Source: Candidatus Methylomirabilia bacterium (GTDB taxonomy: Bacteria > Methylomirabilota > Methylomirabilia > Rokubacteriales > CSP1-6). Taken from it: DNA of 37,307 nt. Below, one piece after another: positions 24,694 to 31,408 of this stretch. Under the pieces are notes generated by a model. That model worked only from the letters and a program-made list of their open reading frames with translations. It was not told where the DNA came from and searched no databases. The first letter of the stretch is position 1, and every line of letters begins with the position of its first letter. Made by a program: the position numbers and the translations under genes. The stretch lies in assembly GCA_041497895.1 (NCBI GenBank), contig JBGQHJ010000032.1:1-37307 (forward strand), written 5' to 3'.

Positions 24694-25886
24694 ATGCGAC
24701 ACATCCTGAAGCGACTGATCGGCGGGCTCGCCCTGGTCGCGCTGACCGCGACCGGGGTGGCCGATGTCTGGGCGGCCCGGCTCGACGCCCCCACCTCGGC
24801 CACCCCGGCTGCGGGCCTGCGGGTGGGGCTCAACGCGCTGCTGAGCGAGCACGTCTACCTGGCGGCCGCCGCCACCAACGCGGCGCTCGCCGGGCGACAG
24901 CCCGAGTTCGAGGCGGCCGCCGCCGCACTCGACGCCAACTCGGTGGACGTGGCGAAGGCCATCGGCTCGGTCTACGGGCCGGACGCCGAGAAGGCGTTCC
25001 TGCCGCTCTGGCGCAAGCACATCGGCATGGTGGTGGACTACACGGTCGGCGTGGCCACCGGCGACCGGGCCAAGCAGGATCGAGCGGTCGACGACCTGGT
25101 CGGCTACACCCAGGACTTCGGGGCCTTTCTCTCGGGGGCCAACCCGAACCTGCCCAAGTCGGTGGTCGCCGATCTGGTGAAGCACCACGTGCTCACCCTC
25201 AAGGCGGTGATCGACGCCCAGGCCGCGAAGGACCAGGAGCGCGCCTTCACCGCGCTCCGCACCGGCGCCGGCCACATGCAGATGATCGCCGATCCGCTCG
25301 CGGGCGCGATCGTCAAGCAGTTCCCGGATCGGATCGCGGGCGCCTCCGAGTCGCCGGCCGCCGGGCTCCGGACCACGCTCAACCTGGTCCTGCGCGAGCA
25401 CGTGTACCTGGCGTCCGCCGCCACCAACGCGGCCCTGGGCGGGCGCGACGCGGAGTTCAAGGCCGCGGCGGGCGCGCTCGACGCGAACTCGGTGGCGATC
25501 TCGAAGGCGATCGGCTCGGTGTACGGAGCGGACGCCGAGAAGGCGTTCCTGCCGCTCTGGCGCAAGCACATCGGCATGGTGGTCGACTACACGGTCGGCA
25601 AGGCCCGAAGGATCAGGCCAAGCAGGACCGCGCGGTCAACGACCTGATCGGCTACACCCAGGACTTCGGGGCCTTCCTCTCCGGGGCCAGCCCCAACCTG
25701 CCGAAGGCGGTCGTGGCGGACCTGGTGAAGCACCACGTGGTGACGCTCAAGGATGTGATCGATGCCCAGGCGGCGAAGGACCAGTCCCGCGCCTTCGTGG
25801 CCGAGCGCACCGGCGCGGGCCACATGCAGATGATCGCCGACCCGCTGGCGGAGGCGATCGTGCAGCAGTTCCCCGACCGCTTCTAG
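24694..25886 (+). pseudogene. Exported protein with two ~180-aa His/Met-containing helical repeats; 1-nt deletion frameshift near 25606
   Basis: SD AAGGAG, signal peptide. Repeat 1 is 24802-25335 (534 nt) and repeat 2 is 25351-25883 (533 nt). Homology continues in another frame to TAG 25884-25886. Resembles proteins often auto-labelled 'copper amine oxidase' but has no amine oxidase catalytic domain. Confidence 0.8.
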
Positions 25887-25904
25887 CCGGCGTTGGGATC
25901 TCGA

Positions 25905-25938
25905 GGGGCGTCCCGGGCGGTGTCGCCCGGGGCGCCTT
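25905..25938 (+). terminator. Strong hairpin after the repeat-protein gene
   Basis: ggcgtcccgggcg-gtgt-cgcccggggcgcc, 13-bp stem with one G-U. Only a short T run follows. Confidence 0.5.
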
Positions 25939-25959
25939 CGCGCGCCGCCGGGCTCGACC

Positions 25960-25988
25960 TTGACAAGCCCCGGACCCTCCAGCACAGT
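25960..25988 (+). promoter_or_regulatory. Sigma70-like promoter for leader ORF 26003
   Basis: TTGACA (25960-25965), 17 nt, CACAGT (25983-25988). ATG follows 14 nt later. Confidence 0.6.
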
Positions 25989-26002
25989 GACCCGAACCAG
26001 TC

Positions 26003-26521
26003 ATGGATCGTCATCGGAGCGGGCGAACGCTCACCGCACTGGGCCTGATCGCGCTCCTGCTCGCGATGGCCCCGGCCGTGGCGCAGGCGACGGCACCCCA
26101 TCTTCTCGACCTGCACGCCGACGAGGTCGCCCACTCCGTCGCGCCCGGCGGCCTGTCGCGCGCCGCCTTCCCCGTCGGCCTCGTGCTGCTGGCTGGCCTC
26201 GCGCTCCTGGGCGCTCTCGGCTGGTGGCGCCGGGCTGGGGCCCGCTCCCGCGGCGGCGCGGTCGCGGTGGTCCTGTCGATGGTGCTGACCGTCTTCACGC
26301 TCGAGACGGCGGTGCACTCGGTCCACCATCTGTCCGATCCCAAGTCCGGCGCGGACTGCTCGGTGCTGTCGGGATCCCAGGGCCTCGCCTGGGGCGGGGC
26401 CGAGCCGGTCGGCACCGACGGACCGCGCCTCGACATCACCACCGCCCCGCCCGTCCGCTCCGAGCACCGCCCGTGGTGGCAAGTCTACCGTCCCAGCCCG
26501 GGACGGGCTCCTCCCGCCTGA
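26003..26521 (+). CDS. Putative RAPP-motif arrest/leader membrane protein (DUF2946/CruR/CutF-like, HSVHH variant), paralog A
   Basis: Signal peptide plus 2 hydrophobic segments, ETAVHSVHH..DPK....C, C-terminus GRAPPA*. Paralog at 30806-31351. Confidence 0.75.
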   Translation: MDRHRSGRTLTALGLIALLLAMAPAVAQATAPHLLDLHADEVAHSVAPGGLSRAAFPVGLVLLAGLALLGALGWWRRAGARSRGGAVAVVLSMVLTVFTLETAVHSVHHLSDPKSGADCSVLSGSQGLAWGGAEPVGTDGPRLDITTAPPVRSEHRPWWQVYRPSPGRAPPA

Positions 26522-26605
26522 CCCTCCCTCCGCGACCCACGGTTCAACTCACCATCTGATCGCGCCGCGCGCGGACCCTGTCCGTGCGCGCGGGAGGGGA
26601 CATCG

Positions 26606-27592
26606 ATGAGCACAAGACGATTTGCCGTCCTGCTGTGGGCGGCGGGCCTCGTGGCCGCCTGGGCGGGATCCGTGTCGGCGCACGGACTGATCGGCCAGCG
26701 CTTCTTCCCGGCCACCCTGGCGATCGACGACCCGTTCGTGGCCGACGAGCTCTCGCTGCCGACCGTGCTGCACATCCGCAACCGGGGCTCCGACGAGGCC
26801 CCGCCGTCCTTGCAGACCGACCTGAGCGGCGAGCTCTCGAAGCGGCTCAGCCCGAACCTCGGCCTCTCGCTCGGCGGCACCTACACCTTTCTCGATCCGA
26901 TCCCGGGGAAGTCGACCTCGGGCTTCGACAACATGGAGGTCTCGCTGAAGTACGTGTTCTGGAAGAGCGCGGAGCACGAGACGCTGCTCTCGGCCGGCGT
27001 GAGCTGGGACGTGGGGGGAACCGGGAGCAAGAAGATCGGGGCGGAGTCCTTCGACACCGTGACGCCGCAGCTCTTCTTCGGCAAGGGCTTCGGCGACCTG
27101 CCCGGCGCGCTCGACTGGGTCAAGCCCGCCGCGCTGACCGGCGCGCTCGGGCTCGACCTCCCGACCCGCCGCTTCAACACGACGTACTCCCTCGACGACG
27201 ACGGCAACGTGCAGATCGAGCGGGAGCTCAACGCCAAGACCTTCAACTGGGGGTTCTCGGTCCAGTACAATCTCCAATACCTTCAGTCCTTCGTGCAGGA
27301 CGTCGGCCTGCCCCGTCCGTTCAATCGCATGATCCCGGTGGTGGAATTCGCGATGCAGACGCCGATCGAGGGGCCGCACGCCGGACGCACCACCGGGACG
27401 ATCAATCCCGGCGTCATCTGGTTCGGCCGCTACTTCCAGCTCGGCATCGAGGCGGTCATCCCGGTCAACACCATGACCGGCAAGAACGTGGGGGTCCTCG
27501 CCCAGATCCACTTCTACCTCGACGACATCGCCCCCAAGATCTTCACGTGGACGCCGTTCCACGGCGTTCTCGGTCCCACCCAAGCACAGTGA
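26606..27592 (+). CDS. Exported conserved hypothetical protein, probable outer-membrane beta-barrel, with mature N-terminal His
   Basis: Strong SD GGGAGG. Signal peptide ending VSA|HG. Alternating beta-strand pattern (NLGLSLGGTYTF, QLGIEAVIP, LAQIHFYL). Translationally coupled to copC. Confidence 0.65.
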   Translation: MSTRRFAVLLWAAGLVAAWAGSVSAHGLIGQRFFPATLAIDDPFVADELSLPTVLHIRNRGSDEAPPSLQTDLSGELSKRLSPNLGLSLGGTYTFLDPIPGKSTSGFDNMEVSLKYVFWKSAEHETLLSAGVSWDVGGTGSKKIGAESFDTVTPQLFFGKGFGDLPGALDWVKPAALTGALGLDLPTRRFNTTYSLDDDGNVQIERELNAKTFNWGFSVQYNLQYLQSFVQDVGLPRPFNRMIPVVEFAMQTPIEGPHAGRTTGTINPGVIWFGRYFQLGIEAVIPVNTMTGKNVGVLAQIHFYLDDIAPKIFTWTPFHGVLGPTQAQ

Positions 27593-27945
27593 CGTCGCGC
27601 GTGCTGCGGGGGGTGGTGTTGCTGCTGGCGACGGTGGCGCCGGCCTGGGCTCACGTGTTCCCGGATCACTCCGAGCCGCGGGTCGGCCACGCCCTGGATA
27701 CGCCGCCCCCCGCGGTACGCGTCTGGTTCGACGGCGCCATCGAGCCGGTGTTCAGCACCCTCCGGGTCGAGGACGCCGGGCGGCGGCGCGTGGACCGCGA
27801 CGACGCGCACGTCGACGCGACCGACCGGACCCTGCTCGAGGTGAGCCTGCCGCCGCTCCCGTCCGGGCGGTACCAGGTGTTCTGGAGCGTGGTGGCCCGG
27901 GACGGCCACCGCACCGAGGGCAGCTTTCCGTTCCGGGTGAAGTGA
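27589..27945 (+). CDS. copC: Periplasmic copper-binding protein CopC
   Basis: GTG overlaps the previous stop. Signal AWA|H, 'Y.V.WSVVARDGH.TEG.F.F.V'. Confidence 0.9.
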   Translation: MTSRVLRGVVLLLATVAPAWAHVFPDHSEPRVGHALDTPPPAVRVWFDGAIEPVFSTLRVEDAGRRRVDRDDAHVDATDRTLLEVSLPPLPSGRYQVFWSVVARDGHRTEGSFPFRVK

Positions 27946-29297
27946 TGGCGGAGGCGCTCCCCTGGCTCGTGCGCTGGGTCGGCTTCGTGGCCCTGGCCGG
28001 CCTGATCGGCGGCTTCGCGGTCGACCTGCTCGTCCTGCCCGCGCGGGCCGCCGAGCTCGACTCCGTGCGCGGGCGGCTTCGCGCGCTCCGCCTCGGGAGC
28101 GCGCTCGTCCTGCTCGTCGCGGCGGGCGGCGAGCTCCTGCTGCGGGCGGCCACCATGAGCGGCGGAGGGCTCGGCACCGCGGTGGCGGCGGTGCCCGCGG
28201 TGCTGACCCGCACGCATTTCGGCACGGTCTGGAGCGCGCGGGCGATCGCCCTGCTCGCGCTGCTCGCGCCGGCGGTGGCCCGGTCGCGCGCGTGGCGGAG
28301 CCTGGGCGCCCTGCTCGCGCTCGGCGTCGTGGCCACCGTGACCCTGACCGGCCACGCCGGAGACTGGGGCGACGTCTCGTTCACCGCCGCGCTCGACTGG
28401 GCGCACGTCGTCGCGGCGTGCACCTGGGCCGGCGGCCTCTTCGTCCTGGCCGCTCTCGCGCGCCGGGCCGCCCCGCGCTGGGCTCCCGCGCTCCTGCCCT
28501 CGGTGATGCGCCGCTTCTCGCGCCTCGCCGCGGCCTGCCTCGCCGTCGTGGTGCTGAGCGGGGCCTACCGCGCCTTCATCGAGCTGCCCGCGGTGGACGC
28601 GCTCTGGCTGACTCCGTACGGCCGCATCCTCGTGGTCAAGGTTCTCCTGGCGGCGGGTCTCGTCGGCTGCGGCGGGGTCAACCGATACCTCGTGCTGCCG
28701 CGGCTCGGGGCGGGCCGGGCCACCGGTCTCGCGGCGAGGCTGTTCCGTCTCGGCCGCCTCGCGCTGCTCGGAGCGGGACGCGCGCCTCGACCCGCGGCGT
28801 CGCGGCTCGCCGCCTGGCTGCTCCGCGAGATGGTGCTGGCACTGGCGATCTTCTGGTGCACCGCCATGCTCGTCGAATCCACGCCCGCGCGCCATGCCGG
28901 CCACGCCGCGCACGCGGCGGGCTCGGAGGAGCCGCGGCGGGTGACCATGGCCCAGCTCCACGCGGCGGGCGGGATTCCGTCCGGCTGGCTCTTCAGCCCA
29001 CCTCCGGGCGACGCGGCGCGGGGGCGTGAGATCTTCCTGCGCCTCGCCTGCTTCGCGTGTCACCGGGTCGGCGGCGAGTCGCTGCCTCCGTCCTCCGGAA
29101 TCGGCCCGGACCTCACGGACGCCGGCGAGCACCACCCCGCGGGGTACCTGCTCGAATCGGTGATCAATCCCAACGCGGTCATCATCGAGGGGCCCGGCTA
29201 CACCGGCCCCGACGGCCGCTCCATCATGCCGAGCTACGCCGACCGGCTCACCGTCGCCGAGCTCCTCGATCTGGTCGCCTTCCTCCGCACGCTCTGA
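27942..29297 (+). CDS. copD: CopD-family inner-membrane protein fused to a C-terminal c-type cytochrome
   Basis: CopD motifs T.FG.VW, LTGHA, H...A..WAGGL, RFS, TPYGR.L.VK. Then a His-rich linker, CFACH and distal MPSY. Confidence 0.85.
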   Translation: MMAEALPWLVRWVGFVALAGLIGGFAVDLLVLPARAAELDSVRGRLRALRLGSALVLLVAAGGELLLRAATMSGGGLGTAVAAVPAVLTRTHFGTVWSARAIALLALLAPAVARSRAWRSLGALLALGVVATVTLTGHAGDWGDVSFTAALDWAHVVAACTWAGGLFVLAALARRAAPRWAPALLPSVMRRFSRLAAACLAVVVLSGAYRAFIELPAVDALWLTPYGRILVVKVLLAAGLVGCGGVNRYLVLPRLGAGRATGLAARLFRLGRLALLGAGRAPRPAASRLAAWLLREMVLALAIFWCTAMLVESTPARHAGHAAHAAGSEEPRRVTMAQLHAAGGIPSGWLFSPPPGDAARGREIFLRLACFACHRVGGESLPPSSGIGPDLTDAGEHHPAGYLLESVINPNAVIIEGPGYTGPDGRSIMPSYADRLTVAELLDLVAFLRTL

Positions 29298-29301
29298 GGC
29301 G

Positions 29302-29847
29302 TCAGTCGCTGACCACCGGGTTCCGGCGCACCGTGGGCACGCCGATCTTGATGAACGGGTGCGCCTCCGCGGCGTGGCAGGACGTGCACGCCGCCCGCAG
29401 CGTCTCGATCCGCTCCTTGAAGAGCGCCGCGTCCTTCGCTTTGATCGCCTCCACGACCTGCGGGAGGGGACCCTTCAGGAGAAGGGCCTCGGCGTTCTTG
29501 CGATACTGCGGTCGCCGCTCGAGACCGAGCGTGATCGCGTTGCCCATCTCGTGAGCCATGTGGTCGGCGTAGGCCCAGTTGCCGTCGACGCCGCCCCAGT
29601 ACATCTCGGTGTAGCGGTAGGCGACCTCGGCCATGGTGGTCTCGAAGCCCCGGAGCTGCCGCTCGATGGCCGCGGTGCGCTTGTCCGGGGCGAGGTGGAC
29701 GAGCCAGCCGCCCATGTCCATTCCGGGCATGTGCACGTGAGATTGCGCCCGCGCCGCCTCCCAGCCGGCGCCGGCGCCGAGGCCCAGCAGGGCGGCGACG
29801 CCCGCGATCGCGAGGACCGAGCGAGTGCGAAGGTCGAATCGGGTCAT
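29302..29847 (-). CDS. Exported class II (cytochrome c'-like) monoheme protein with His/Met-rich N-terminus
   Basis: ATG 29847 overlaps the upstream copC stop. Signal peptide, HVHMPGMDMG, helical body, C-terminal CTSCH. Confidence 0.75.
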   Translation of the reverse strand: MTRFDLRTRSVLAIAGVAALLGLGAGAGWEAARAQSHVHMPGMDMGGWLVHLAPDKRTAAIERQLRGFETTMAEVAYRYTEMYWGGVDGNWAYADHMAHEMGNAITLGLERRPQYRKNAEALLLKGPLPQVVEAIKAKDAALFKERIETLRAACTSCHAAEAHPFIKIGVPTVRRNPVVSD

Positions 29848-30239
29848 GGCTTCCGTCCTTTCACCGTGAAGGTGATGCGGCTGTCGACGACGTGCCCGTC
29901 GACCGACAGCACGCGGTACTTGACCGTGTAGAGCCCGGGCGCGCGGGTGGTCAGCGAGACCGACAGCCGCCGCGCGTCGTCCGGCGTCACCGCGACGTCG
30001 CCCGCGTCCACCTGGGCGCCCGCCTCGCTCCACACCGAGGCGGTGCTGTAGGCGGCCTCGAGTCCCTCGTTGAACCAGAGGTCGACCCGCTCCGGCGCCT
30101 GGCCGAGCACCGCTCGGTGGGGCGGCGAGGACCGGACCAGGAACGCGTGGGCCTCGACGGGCGGACCGGCGAGGACACCCGCGAGGAGCGCAGCGGCGGC
30201 GAGGCCCAGGCCGGGTCGGCGGCCCGCGCGCGCCATCAC
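29844..30239 (-). CDS. copC: CopC family copper-binding protein
   Basis: Signal VEA|HAFLVRSSP, 'LWFNE.LE', 'YTVKYRVLSVDGH'. Confidence 0.9.
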   Translation of the reverse strand: MMARAGRRPGLGLAAAALLAGVLAGPPVEAHAFLVRSSPPHRAVLGQAPERVDLWFNEGLEAAYSTASVWSEAGAQVDAGDVAVTPDDARRLSVSLTTRAPGLYTVKYRVLSVDGHVVDSRITFTVKGRKP

Positions 30240-30270
30240 GTCCGCGCTCCCCGCCCCCGGTCCACCCGGG

Positions 30271-30723
30271 TCACGAGGCCGCCACCGTGAACAGCACGGT
30301 GCCCTCGGTGACGTGGCCGTCCGCGGCCATCACCTTCCAGCGCGCCTGGTACTCCCCCGGCTCGAGGGCGGGCAGCGGGTAGGCGAGGGTGTCGGGCGGC
30401 GCGTCCGCCTCCTGGTGGAGCAGCGCGATGCTGCGCTGGCGAGGGCCGACGAGCTGCACCGTGCAGAGCGGCTTCTCCAGGCGGCTGTTGAATCGGAGGA
30501 CGAGCCGCCGTGGCGACGGCCCGGTGCTGCCCTGAGCCGGCGCCGACTCCAGGATGATGGCGTGCGCCTGCGCGGCCGGCGGTGGGGCGGAGCATGCCCA
30601 GATGATACCGAGGATCGCCACGATCGTAAGCCGGAGGCTGCGCCCGCTCAGGAGCGCATCCATCGTGCGGCCGGCACGCGGACCGGCGGTCTGTGTTACT
30701 CGGAGCCACGACAGGTTGATCAA
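30271..30723 (-). CDS. copC: CopC family copper-binding protein
   Basis: AQA|HAIILESAP, 'LRFNSRLE', 'YQARWKVMAADGHVTEG'. Start is TTG 30723 (SD GGGGAG) or ATG 30663. Confidence 0.85.
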   Translation of the reverse strand: MINLSWLRVTQTAGPRAGRTMDALLSGRSLRLTIVAILGIIWACSAPPPAAQAHAIILESAPAQGSTGPSPRRLVLRFNSRLEKPLCTVQLVGPRQRSIALLHQEADAPPDTLAYPLPALEPGEYQARWKVMAADGHVTEGTVLFTVAAS

Positions 30724-30805
30724 TGTGGTACTCCCCGGTGGAGAGGGTCGGAGCGTTGAGCCTTCGGGACCCGCGCGCTGGGGCGGGGGTGGACCTCGGG
30801 ATCGG

Positions 30806-31351
30806 CTAGGCGGTCCGAGCGGGAGGGGCCCGTCCCTGATCGGGACCGAGCCGGCGGGCGGGCAGCGGCTCGCGACCGGGCTCGGTAGCGTGGCCGGCGG
30901 CGGCGAGGATGATCGAGGTCTCCACGACGGCGTCGACGGTGACCGCGGACAGGTGCGTGGCGGCCATCGCGAGGGTGCATGCGTCGGCCTGCTTCGGGTC
31001 GAATCCATGGTGGACCGAATGCAGGGCATTCTCGAACGCGAAGAGCGTCAGCAGCAGGACGAGGCACAGGACCAGGGTCCGTCGCGAGAAGCGGCGCAGG
31101 AGCAGCCCCGCCAGCAGGAGGACGACGGCGGCGATCCACGGCGTCAATCCGGGAGAGTCGGAGACCGGAGGATCCTCGGGGGCGACGCCGGCGGCGGCCG
31201 GCGGGGTCGGGGCCGCGGGCGCCGGAGACGCGGGCGCCGCGGTCGGCGTGGTCGGCTCGCCCTGGTGGGCCAGGGCCGGAGCAGCGGCCGCCAGCACGAC
31301 GACCACGGCCAGCAGCACACGGATCAGCGCGATCGTCCGGTTGGCAGACAT
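30806..31351 (-). CDS. Putative RAPP-motif arrest/leader membrane protein, paralog B
   Basis: Signal peptide (ALA|H), Pro/Ala linker, 2 TM segments, ENALHSVHH..DPK....C, C-terminus GRAPPARTA*. Confidence 0.75.
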   Translation of the reverse strand: MSANRTIALIRVLLAVVVVLAAAAPALAHQGEPTTPTAAPASPAPAAPTPPAAAGVAPEDPPVSDSPGLTPWIAAVVLLLAGLLLRRFSRRTLVLCLVLLLTLFAFENALHSVHHGFDPKQADACTLAMAATHLSAVTVDAVVETSIILAAAGHATEPGREPLPARRLGPDQGRAPPARTA

Positions 31352-31358
31352 GGCGGGC

Positions 31359-31387
31359 AGGGTAACGAATCAACTTGCGAGCGTCAA
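31359..31387 (-). promoter_or_regulatory. Sigma70-like promoter giving a probably leaderless transcript of paralog B
   Basis: Minus strand: TTGACG, 17 nt, TACCCT, 7 nt, ATG(31351). No SD. Confidence 0.65.
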
Positions 31388-31408
31388 TCGCGGTTCCCAC
31401 GAGTGGGG

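Noticed and set aside
25595..25615. Programmed ribosomal frameshift in the repeat protein
   Set aside because: No slippery heptamer. Alignment to repeat 1 is fully explained by a 1-nt deletion.
24694..25886. Calling the repeat protein a copper amine oxidase
   Set aside because: No TPQ consensus (NY[D/E]) or beta-rich catalytic domain. It is short and helical.
27242..27271. TTCAAC-18-TACAAT as an internal promoter for copC-copD
   Set aside because: Lies within coding sequence about 320 nt from copC, has a weak -35, and is explained by Tyr-Asn codons. Not supportable without TSS data.
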